A stretch of 36,156 nucleotides of DNA from Octopus sinensis (Eukaryota): the NCBI RefSeq assembly GCF_006345805.1, contig NW_021836843.1, forward strand, positions 1 through 36,156, in the 5' to 3' direction. The position numbers were made by a program, and so were the translations under genes. Below are positions 1 to 12,100 of this stretch, piece after piece. Under the pieces are notes generated by a model, which saw only the letters and a program-made list of their open reading frames with translations, was not told the DNA's origin and did no database searches. Position 1 is the stretch's first letter. Each line of letters starts with the position of its first letter.

Positions 1-333
1 AGCCTAGTGCTTATTCTATCGGTCTCTTTTGCCGAACAGCTAAGTTACGGGCACGTAAACACACCAGCATCGGTTGTCAAGCGATGTTGGGGGCACAAAC
101 ACAGACACACAAACATATACACACACATACACATACATATATATATATATATATACATAGATATATACGACGGGCTTCTTTTTAGTTTCCGTCTACCAAA
201 TCCACTCACAAGGCTTTGGTCGGCCCGAGGCTACAGTAGAAGACACTTGCCTAAGGTACCACGCAGTAGGACTGAACCCGGAACCATGTGGTTGGGAAGC
301 AAGCTACTTACCACACAGTCACTCCTACGCCTA
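1..333 (-). mobile_element. SINE family B (tRNA-like head, CORE-like segment, internal microsatellite), cut by the window edge
   Basis: Reverse complement reads GTGTGGTAAG (A box-like)...GGTTCAGTCC (B box-like)...ACCTTAGGCAAGTGTCTT. Near-identical to 19087-19472 and 20464-20847. Confidence 0.85.
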
Positions 334-531
334 TAACACTGCAAAATTTCATTTAAAAATTGTTTATTTTTCAGAAAGTTTTGAAAAACTTACCCTCTAC
401 CTCCATATATTAAGCTCTTTCTGCACTTTACTTCTATTCGTCTCTCCATTCGCTGTAAAGCGTGACCGAAGAAATCATCAAAAAACCAACCAATAAAGAA
501 TCATTTTTATCAGTTATTATTATATCATTGA

Positions 532-919
532 CTAGCAGTATCGCCCGGCGTTGCTCGGGTTTGTTTTGACCCTTTAGAATTGGAATTTTTGAAAAGTAAA
601 CATTTAGCATTATGTAGCTTGTTATTCTCTTTAGGTGAACATTTTTCTGGTTGAAATACACCGAAAAATGGCGACACAGTAGTCAAAAATTCGTTAAAAA
701 TGTCGATTTTCATAGAAAATAAGCACCTTTTTAATGTAAATAATTTTTGGTGTTAACATGGTCCGATTTGAATTTTTTCTTCTACGGAACAAAGAGCAAG
801 CCTTCTTCTATCATAATCTCAATTTTGGTCAACTTGCGCTACAGGGTCTCGGAGGAGATAGTGTTAGTTGAAGGCTACCAAACCTGCCATACACAGACAA
901 CTTCAGCTTTATATATAGA
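532..919 (-). mobile_element. Non-autonomous Helitron, copy 1
   Basis: Minus strand reads A|TCTATATA...CCCGAGCAACGCCGGG hairpin...CTAG|T. Homologous to 5233-5719 and 29500-29850. Confidence 0.75.
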
Positions 920-929
920 TAGAGAGATA

Positions 930-1750
930 TAGGTGGTGAATTGACAGAGTCGTCTGCACGCCGGGAAAAATCTTGGCAGCATTTCGTTCAAATTCCGCCG
1001 AGGTCGATGAAGTAAGTACACAGCTGAGCACTAGGGTCGATGATACAGACTGGCCCCCTCCCCTAAAATCTCAGGCCTTGTGCCTTTAGTAGAAACGATT
1101 ATTGTATAGGACTATAAGGCGGTAAAGTAGCAGAATCGTTAGTATGCCGACCAAACTGAAGCTTAGCGGCATTTCGTCCATTTTTATGCTTTGAGTTCAA
1201 ATTCCGCCAAAGTTGACTTTACCATTGATCTTTTCGAGGTCGATGAAATAAGGACCAGTTGATTACTGGGGTCGATGTATTCGACTTAATCCCTCTCTCC
1301 TGCCAAATTACTGGCCTTGTACAAAAAATTTGAACCCATTATTATATGAAGGCATAAGGCTGTTTTTACGTTCTGAGTTCAAATTCTGAAGAGAGCGCTT
1401 TTGCCTTTCGTCCTTTCGGGATCGATAAACTAAGTACTACCCAAGCACTAGGCTCAATGACTAATCCCCTCCCGCAAATTTTCAGGCCTTGTACCTACAA
1501 TAGAAAAGTTTATCACATAGAGATATATAGGCAGAAACGTTAGCACGCCGGGCGAAATGCTTAGCGGCATTTCGTCTGCCGTTACGTTCTGAGTTCAAAT
1601 TCCGCCGAGGTCGACTTTGCCTTTCATTCTTTCGGGATCGATAAATTAAGTACCAGTTATGCACTGGGGTCGATGTAATCGACTTAATCCGTTTGTCTGT
1701 CCTTGTTTGTCCCCTCTATGTTTAGCCCCTTGTAGGCAATAAAGAAATAA
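930..1750 (+). mobile_element. Head-to-tail cluster of about four SINE family A copies of different divergence (Meta-domain-like body)
   Basis: Repeated GTTCAAATTCCGCCGAGGTCGAC...CCTTTCATCCTTTCGGGGTCGAT...AAGTACCAG...CTGGGGTCGAT starting near 930, 1116, 1360 and 1530. Confidence 0.8.
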
Positions 1751-1759
1751 GCGATATAT

Positions 1760-2170
1760 AGGCGTGGCCATGTGAGATAGAAGCTTTCTTCCCAACCACG
1801 TGGTCTTGAGTTCAATCCTACTGCGCGGCATCTTCGGCAAAAGACTTCTACTATAACTTCAGGCCGAGTGACTGAAATTGGTAGACGGAAAGTGAAAGAA
1901 ACCAATCATGTAATATATGTCTGCCTAATACTTCGTATCTAAATGTGTGGTTCTTTGTGTTTTGCCCTGCACCACCGCTTGACAACCGGTGTTCGTTAGT
2001 TTACGGCTCCATAACTTAGAGACTCGGCATAAACGACCAATAGAATAAGTTCCCCGATTTGAAAAAAACAAAAACAAAAGTAAGGTCAGATCGATTTGTT
2101 CGGTAAACCCTACAAAGCGGTGCCCCAACATGGCCGCAGCCGAATGAGTAAAACAGGTAAAAAGATAAAG
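1760..2170 (+). mobile_element. SINE family B, diverged copy
   Basis: Head GGCGTGGCC...GAGTTCAATCC, body TTGGTAGACGGAA, tail GCGGTGCCCCAACATGGCCGCAG. Confidence 0.75.
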
Positions 2171-2182
2171 GATATAAATATT

Positions 2183-2184
<2 letters not shown>

Positions 2185-2223
<39 letters not shown>

Positions 2224-2655
2224 TGTGCTTGTTTGTGTGTGTGTGTGTGTGTGTATGTGTTTGTGTGTGTGTATGTGTGTGTGTGCGTGTCTCACACCCT
2301 CACCTGCCTGTGGCGCCACCTGTTTTGTTATAGTTGTTCTTTGTTTCCACACCAACATTGTTCAAACCACTCCCCTCACCTGCCCCCTCACCCCCCCCCC
2401 CACATCACTTATCCACTTTACGTTTCACACAGATTTACGTCTGCCCTACTCCGCCCTCCCCTCCCCCTCATTCCTCTCCCTCTCTCCCTCTCTCTCTCTC
2501 TCTCTCTTTCAATCGCTCCAATCACTCTCTTATGTCTGACTCTCATTTCTCTCTCTCCTTTTCCATTCATCCATTTCTTTCTCTTTGTAGATATTCGCAG
2601 TTTTACCTATTGCACTCACTCTTTTTTCTTTTCTACATTCATTATTCACTTCCCC

Positions 2656-2695
<40 letters not shown>

Positions 2696-2703
2696 AGTGT
2701 TTG

Positions 2704-2780
<77 letters not shown>

Positions 2781-2871
2781 CAATATTTATTTATTAATGC
2801 ATGTTTGCATGCACATAGGTATGTATGTATGCAGTATGTATATAGGTACATGTGTGTACTGTATATATATA

Positions 2872-2906
<35 letters not shown>

Positions 2907-3118
2907 TATTTATATCTATATATATATATATATATATATATAGATATATATAATATTATATAGATATATTAGATATTATATTATATAACGCATGCATGTA
3001 TATAAGTATGTGTGTATGTATATACGTAGATATGTAGTTATGTATGTATGTTTGTATGTATGCATGTATGTACTTATGTGGTATTTATCTATGCATGTTA
3101 TGTGCGTATGTATGTTTG

Positions 3119-3151
<33 letters not shown>

Positions 3152-3245
3152 GTGTATGTATGCATGCATGCATGCATGTATGTATGTATGTATGTATGTA
3201 TGTATGTATGTATGCATGCATGTATGTATGTATGTATGTATGTAT
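2185..3245. repeat. Compound microsatellite tract: (GT)n, (CT)n, (CA)n, (GATA)n, (TA)n, (TATG)n
   Basis: Visible directly; explains the low-complexity ORFs here. Confidence 0.95.
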
Positions 3246-3579
3246 TTGGAGATATACACATCTAGCAAGCGATCAGAAGTCGTGCGTTGAAACTAGAAGC
3301 AAACTAGATCAAGGAAGAACCGATTAATAACATACGAAGCTGTTAAATTCACTTTAAATTTTAATATCTTTTATGAGGTGAGAAAATCTTCGCCGTACAA
3401 CCGCGACCTGGTCACCGATTCAGTTTCACAGCAGACAAAAAGAATATCTGGCACCTCATGCAATCAATTTAAATTTACAGCGAATTTACCAACTTTATAT
3501 GCAGCTATTAAATAGCTCTTTCACAATCAAGTCGATATATATATAGAATGAATGTTTTTATATATAATGAACGTGAAAT

Positions 3580-4232
3580 ACAGGAAGGGACGAACACGGA
3601 ACACAGACAAATCATTCGAAGCCTTCAATCTTCAGTCAGACACCGAATCATCATAGCAAATTTCGGCTGTTCAATTCTGATATTTGCTCAAACTCGGCAG
3701 CCCCAAGAAAAAAAAACTAAGCTGTAAGCATTAGATTTCTTGGTAGAAGAACAGGAATGTGAACGCACAAGACGGATGTGAATACAAGAGACGAAAACGA
3801 AATTGAAAACAGTAATGAATAAACAAAATATATATAACGGGGGTTGTCATACGACTTTAGACCAAATGAGACAAAAACAACAACAACATAGCTGGCGTAG
3901 AAATAATTACCGTTTCGGTAGCGGGGACACATGTTGGTCGAGATACGAAGGCCAACAGAATGGTTTAAGAAGCAGCAGGTCGCAGGAGAGAGAGAAAGAG
4001 AGACAGAGAGAGAGGGAATCAAAGAGGGTGGAAGGCAGGGGACAGAATCAGTGACCAAGAGAAAAGAGAAAGAAGGGATTAAGGAGGATGGGAGGAAGAG
4101 GGGAGGAGGATGGGAGGAAGAGAGGGGAAGAATCGGAGAGCGCCAAAAAGTTTGGTGAAGAAGCAATGGCGGGTAGGAAAGACAGTGTGTATAGAAGTCG
4201 TAGGGTTTAAAATTGGACAAACAAACGGGGGG
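3580..4232 (-). mobile_element. Interspersed repeat, possibly Penelope-like-derived, between TA-rich tracts
   Basis: Reverse complement of ~3600-3800 (CCAAGAAATCTAATGCT...TTCTTGGGGCTG...CCGAAATT...GACTGAAGA...CTTCGAATGA) aligns with ~17150-17380. Family assignment is inference. Confidence 0.5.
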
Positions 4233-4276
4233 GTATATATATATATATATATATAATATATATATCATATATATAG

Positions 4277-4355
<79 letters not shown>

Positions 4356-4475
4356 TAAATAAGGGTAGAAATCGATATTAATCAATTAAAACCAGTGATC
4401 TAGCATATTTTAAAAAATCCGAAGATTTTAAAAATTTTATACATAAAAAATTAGTGGTCATTCCTCTAAATTTTG

Positions 4476-4513
<38 letters not shown>

Positions 4514-5232
4514 CACACGCACATATACTCACACAAGTATGGATGGATGAATGGATGTGTATATACGTCTGTATATATGTGTGTGTATGTGTGTGTGTGT
4601 AAATGTATGTGGTGGGGTTGAGGTTTTACTAATTTGCGTTTTATCGACGTTCATGGGACCAAGCATCGCTCCAATTTTAGCATGTGTTGCTCAATACACA
4701 CACATACAGACACACACACACATACACACTATATACACATCAGAGAGGCCTTTATTTTTCAACTTTCTAAAAGTTTAGCTCCCACCCCACGATCTTGTTC
4801 CAATTAACAAAAAAACAATCTATGCCAAAGTTTAGCTCAATCAAACAACTGCAAGGCGCCCCTCATCAACCATGAAATTTTCGTCCGGAAAGTCATTTTT
4901 TCAGATAAAAATTTTTTCATCTCTTATATAATCTCTTAAATTAAAAACCTGTTCAGACTTATTCTTGGTAATAGAAGGATAAGTGACAATAAACAATGGA
5001 GAAGGCAACTTGCAAAGCTGGGGACAGAGCGCATTTATAGGGCAATACCTATTTTTCGCTGTCATCTAGTCGGTGGCCAGCCGTAAGTGAGTGAGGTTGT
5101 GAGTTGCGTTCGTCCGTTGATGGGATTCTACTGCACCTAATGGTAGTGTTGAGAATTAATATATTTAGAAATATACATCAGTGATAAACAGTGAACTAAT
5201 ATGACTTGTTTGCGTTTGTAAATATAAGTTAA

Positions 5233-5719
5233 CTAGCAGTATAGTCCGGCGTTGGTCAGGTTTTGCTTTTTTAGTTGCGCTTAAAACGGCAGACTTTGAT
5301 ATCGCGTTAACAAAGTTTTGTTCGCTAAAAACCAATGACATCACAAAAACATTCTTTTCGATCCTTTAGAATTGGACTTTTTGAAAAGTAAAATTTTGCA
5401 TTATGTAGCTTGTTATTCTCTTTCAGTGAACATTTTTCTGGTTGAAATACACCGAAAAATGGCTATACAGCAGTCAAAAAATCGTAAAAAGTAGAGATTT
5501 TCATAGAAAAAAGTACCTTTTTGATGTAAATTATTTTTGGTGTTAACAATGTCCGATTTGAATTTTTTCTTCTACGGAAGGAAGAGCAAGCCTTCTTCTA
5601 TCATACTCTCAATTTGGGTCAACTTGCGCCGCAGGGTCTCGGAGGAGATAGTGTTAGTTGAAGGCTACCAAACCTGCCACACACACACACACAGACAACT
5701 TCAGCTTTATATATATAGA
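5233..5719 (-). mobile_element. Non-autonomous Helitron, copy 2, with an extra ~85 bp segment
   Basis: Same A|TC...hairpin...CTAG|T structure; segment ~5268-5355 is absent from copies 1 and 3. Confidence 0.75.
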
Positions 5720-5932
5720 TTTATTTATTTGTAATAACTTGTAAGCACTCATTCGTTTTGTTGTGGCTCATTATAATATAGATCTTTCCCTGTTGTGTTG
5801 GTAGCCCTGACAAAGTTGTAAACCCACGTTTATAACCTCTCCATTTTTATAATGTTATGTGCTTTGCATACTTATTATCAATGCCTTTAAACAAAATTTA
5901 AAGAAGCGAGGCACACAGAAACACAGTGCAAA

Positions 5933-6112
5933 TTTAAATTCAACGGTTGTCAAGAATTAGTGTTGCCCTGGGATGGAAAGCTGCTCCCAGTACTCACAGG
6001 CATTGAAAAGATTGACAGACTGGCAATAGGAGTAACTTTTCAAGGCAAGTAGCAATTGTCAAGAGTCCCTGAAATTCCAACATCTTCAGAAGAACAGCAA
6101 GCTATGGCTTTT
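5933..6112 (+). pseudogene. hAT-like (probably hATm-type) transposase pseudogene, 5' part with first catalytic Asp
   Basis: Manual translation: ELVLPWDGKLLPVLTGIEKIDRLAIGVTFQGK*QLSRVPEIPTSSEEQQAMA. WDGK begins at 5969; one internal stop. Confidence 0.75.
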
Positions 6113-9100
6113 CTAGTGTCAGCGGATGGTCGAACGCAGCCACCCTTTATGCATTTTTATAAGGCACCGCTGACTATCTATATAAAGCACCACTGACTAT
6201 CTATATAAGGAACCGCTGACTATCTCTATAAGGCACGGTTGACTATCTATATAAGGCACCACTGATTATCTATATAAGGCACCACTGACTATCAATATAA
6301 GGCACCACTGACTATCTATATAAGGCACCACTGACTATCAATATAAGGCACCGTTGACTATCTATATAAGGCACCGCTGACTATCTATATAAGGCACCGT
6401 TGACTATCTATATAAGGCACCCCATACTATCTATATGAGGCACCGTTGACTATCTATATGAGGCACCGCTGACTATCTATATAAGGCACCGTTGACTATC
6501 TATATAAGGCACCACTGACTATCTATATAAGGCACCGTTGGCTATCTATATAAGGCACCACTGACAATCTATATAAGACACCACTGACTATTTATATAAG
6601 GCACCCCATACTATCTATATGAGGCACCGCTGACTATCTATATAAGGCACCGTTGACTATCTATATAAGGCACCACTGACTATCTATATAAGGCACCGCT
6701 GACTATCTGTATAAGGAATCGCTGACAATCTATATAAGGCACCGTTGACTATCTATATAAGACACCACTGACTATCTGTATAAGGCACCGCTGACTATCT
6801 ATATAAGGCATCGTTGACTATCTATATAAGGAATCGCTGACAATCTATATACGGCACCGTTGACTATCTATATAAGACACCACTGACTATCTATATAAGG
6901 CATCGTTGACTATCTATATAAGGCACCGTTGACTACCTATATAAGGCACTGCTGACTATCTATATAAGGCACCACTGATTATCTATATAAGGCACTGCTG
7001 ACTCTCTATATAAGGCACCGATGACTATCTATATAAGGCACCGTTGACTATCCATATAAGGCACCACTGACTATCTATATAAGGAATCGCTGACAATCTA
7101 TATAAGGCACCGCTGACTATCCATATAAGGCACCACTGACAATCTATATAAGGGACCGTTGACTATCTATATAAGGCACCACTGACTATCCATATAAGGC
7201 ACCGCTGACAATCTATATAAGGCACCGTTGACTATCTATATAAGGCACCACTGACTATCTATATAAGGCATCGTTGACTATCTATATAAGGCACCGTTGA
7301 CTACCAATATAAGGCACCACTGACTATCTATATAAGGCACCGCTGACTATCTATATAAGGCACCGCTGACTATCTATATAAGGCACCGTTGACTATCTAT
7401 ATAAGGCACCGCTGACTATCTATATAAGGCACCGTTGACTATCTATATAAGGTACCACTGACTATCTATATAAGGCACCAGTGACTATCAATATGAGGCA
7501 CCGTTGACTATCTATATAATGCACCACTGACTATCTATATGAGGCACCAGTGACTATCTATATAAGGCACCGCTGACTATCTATATAAGACACCGTTGAC
7601 TATCTATATAAGGCATCACTGACTATCTTTATAAGGCACCGCTGACTATCTGTATAAGGTATAGCTGACTATCTATATAAGGCACTGCTGACTATCTATA
7701 TAAGTCATCGTTGACTATCTATATAAGACACCACTAACTATCTATATAAGGCACTGCTGACTATCTATATAAGGCACTGCTGGCTATCTATATAAGACAC
7801 CACTGACTATCTATATAAGACACCACCTGACTATCTATATGAGGCACCGTTGACTATCTATATAAGGTCCCACTGACTATCTATATAAGGCACCAGTGAC
7901 TATCAATACGAGGCACCGTTGACTATCTATATAATGCACCACTGACTATCTATATGAGGCACCAGTGACTATCTATATAAGGCACCGCTGACTATCTATA
8001 TAAGACACCGTTGACTATCTATATAAGTCATCACTGACTATCTTTATAAGGCACCGCTGACTATCTGTATAAGACATAGCTGACTATCTATATAAGGCAC
8101 TGCTGACTATCTATATAAGTCATCGTTGACTATCTATATAAGACACCACTAACTATCTATATAAGGCACTGCTGACTATCTATATAAGGCACTGCTGACT
8201 ATCTATATAAGACACCACTGACTATCCATATAAGACACCGCTGACTATCTATATAAGGCACCGTTGACTGTCTATATAAGGCACTGCTGACTATCTATAT
8301 AAGACACCACTGACTATCTATATAAGGCACTGCTGACTATCTATATAAGGCACCATTGACTATCTATATAAGGCACCGTTGACTGTCTATATAAGACACC
8401 ACTGACTATCCATATAAGGCACCACTGACTATCTATATAAGGCACCACTGACTATCTATATAAGGCACCGTTGACTATCTATATAAGGCACCGCTGACTA
8501 TCTATATAAGGCACCGTTGACTATCTATATAAGGCACCGTTGACTATCTATATAACGCGCCACTGACTATCTATATAAGGCACCAGTGACTATCAATATA
8601 AGGCACCGTTGACTATCTATATAAGGTACCACTGACTATCTATATAAGGCACCAGTGACTATCAATATGAGGCACCGTTGACTATCTATATAAGGCACCA
8701 CTGACTATCTATATGAGGCACCGCTGACTATCTATATAAGACACCGTTGACTATCTATATAAGGCATCACTGACTATCTTTATAAGGCACCGCTGACTAT
8801 CTGTATAAGGCATAGCTGACTATCTATATAAGGCACTGCTGACTATCTATATAAGTCATCGTTGACTATCTATATAAGACACCACTAACTATAGATATAA
8901 GGCACTGCTGACTATCTATATAAGGCACTGCTGACTATCTATATAAGACACCACTGACTATCCATATAAGACACCGCTGACAATCTATATAAGGCACCAC
9001 TGACTATCTATATAAGGCACCGTTGGCTGTCTATATAAGGCACTGCTGACTATCTATATAAGACACCACTGACTATCTATATAAGGCACCGTTGACTGTC

Positions 9101-12100
9101 TATATAAGACACCACTGACTATCCATATAAGGCAGCACTGACTATCTATATAAGGCACCACTGACTATCTATATAAGGCACCGTTGACTGTCTATATAAG
9201 GCACCGCTGACTATCTATATAAGGCACCGTTGACTATCTATATAAGGCATCGCTGACTATCAATATAAGGCACCGCTGACTATCTGTATAAGGCATAGCT
9301 GACTATCTATATAAGGCACTGCTGACTATCTGTATAAGGCATAGCTGACTATCTATATAAGGCACTGCTGACTATCTGTATAAGTCATCGTTGACTATCT
9401 ATATAAGACACCACTAACTATCTATATAAGGCACTGCTGACAATCTATATAAGGCATCGTTGACTATCTATGTAAGGCACCACTGACTATCTATATGAGG
9501 CACTGCTGACTATCTATATAAGGCATCGTTGACTATCTATATAAGGCACTGCTGACTATCTATATAAGGCACTGCAGACTATCTATATAAGGCACCACTG
9601 ACTATCTATATAAGGCACCGCTGACTATCTATATAAGGCACTGCTGACTATCTATATAAGTCATCGTTGACTATCTATATAAGACACCACTAACTATAGA
9701 TATAAGACACTGCTGACTATCTATATAAGGCACTGCTGACTATCTATATAAGACACCACTGACTATCAATATAAGACACCGCTGACTATCTATATAAGGC
9801 ACCACTGACTATCTATATAAGGCACCGTTGGCTGTCTATATAAGGCACTGCTGACTATCTATATAAGACACCACTGACTATCTATATAAGGCACCGTTGA
9901 CTGTCTATATAAGACACCACTGACTATCCATATAAGGCAGCACTGACTATCTATATAAGGCACCACTGACTATCTATATAAGGCACCGTTGACTGTCTAT
10001 ATAAGGCACCGCTGACTATCTATATAAGGCACCGTTGACTATCTATATAAGGCATCGCTGACTATCAATATAAGGCACCGTTGACTATCAATATAAGGCA
10101 CCACTGACTATCTATATAAGGCACCTGTGACTATCAATATAAGGCACCGCTGACTATCTATATAAGGCACCCCTGACTATCTATATGAGGCACCGTTGAC
10201 TATCTATATAAGGCACCACTGACTATCTATATGAGGCACTGCTGACTATCTATATAAAGCATCGTTGACTATCTATGTAAGGCACCACTGACTATCTATA
10301 TGAGGCACTGCTGACTATCTATATAAGGCATCGTTGACTATCTATATAAGGCACTGCTGACTATCTATATAAGGCACTGCAGACTATCTATATAAGGCAC
10401 CACTGACTATCTATATAAGGCACCGCTGACTATCTATATAAGGCACCAGTGACTATCAATATGAGGCACCGCTGACTATCTATATAAGGCATCACTGACT
10501 ATCTATATGAGGCACCGGTGACTATCTATATAAGGCACCAGTGACTATCTGTATAAGGCACCGCTGACAATCTATATAAGGCACCAGTGACTATCAATAT
10601 AAGGCACCGCTGACTATCTATATAAGGCACAAGTGACTATCAATATAAGGCACCGCTGACTATCTATATAAGGCACCACTGACTATCTATATGAGGCACC
10701 GGTGACTATCTATATAAGGCATTACTGACTATCTATATAAGGCACCAGTGACAATCTATATAAGGCACCACTGACTATCTATATAAGGCATAGCTGACTA
10801 TCTATATAAGGCACCAGTGACTATCTATATAACGCACCACTGACTATCTATATAAGGCATAGACGACTATCTATATAAGGCACCAGTGACTATCTGTATA
10901 AGGCATAGCTGACTATCTATATGAGGCACCGTTGACTATCTGTATAAGGCCCTGCTGACTATCTATATAAGGCACCTGACTATCTGTATAAGGCACCACT
11001 GACTATCTATATAAGGCAACCACTGACTATCTATATAAAGCACCGTTGACTATCTATATAAGGCACCGCTGACTATCTATATAAGGCACCGTTGATATCT
11101 ATATAAGGCACCAGTGACTATCTATATAAGGCACCACTGACTATTTATATAACGCACCAGTGACTATCTATATAAGGCACCGTTGACTATCTATATAAGG
11201 CACCGTTGACTATCTATATAAGGCACTGCTGACTATCTATATAAGGCACTGCTGACTATCTATATAAGGCACCACTGACTATCTATATAAGGCACCACTG
11301 ACTAACTATATAAGGCACCGTTGACTATCTATATAAGGTACCACTGACTATCTATATAAGGCACCAGTGACTATCAATATGAGGCACCGTTGACTATCTA
11401 TATAAGGCACCACTGACTATCTATATGAGGCACCATTGACTATCTATATAAGGCACCACTGACTATCTATATGAGGCACCGCTGACTATCTATATAAGAC
11501 ACCGTTGACTATCTATATAAGGCATCACTGACTATCTTTATAAGGCACTGCTGACTATCTGTATAAGGCATAGCTGACTATCTATATAAGGCACTGCTGA
11601 CTATCTATATAAGTCATCGTTGACTATCTATATAAGGACACCACTAACTATCTATATAAGGCACTGCTGACTATCTATATAAGGCACTGCTGACTATCTA
11701 TATAAGACACCACTGACTATCCATATAAGACACCGCTGACTATCTATATAAGGCACCACTGACTATCTATATAAGGCACCGTTGGCTGTCTATATAAGGC
11801 ACTGCTGACTATCTATATAAGACACCACTGACTATCTATATAAGGCACCTTTAACTGTCTATATAAGACACCACTGACTATCCATACAAGGCAGCACTGA
11901 CTATCTATATAAGGCACCACTGACTATCTATATAAGGCACCGTTAACTGTCTATATAAGGCACCGCTGACTATCTATATAAGGCACCGTTGACTATCTAT
12001 ATAAGGCACCGCTGACTATCTATATAAGGCACCGTTGACTATCTATATAAGGCACCAGTGACTATCAATATAAGGCACCGCTGACTATCTTTATAAGGCA

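Noticed and set aside
340-500. Minus-strand exon with a GTAAGT donor near 393, or mariner C-terminus
   Set aside because: In-frame stop just before the donor and only vague similarity.
2096-4385. Long ORFs here and at 19250-19999, 29719-30098 and 33463-35752
   Set aside because: Translations of microsatellites and SINEs.
4741-5230. 5' terminus of the hAT-like element
   Set aside because: Plausible by position, but I found no matching right TIR or TSD, so the boundary is unsupported.
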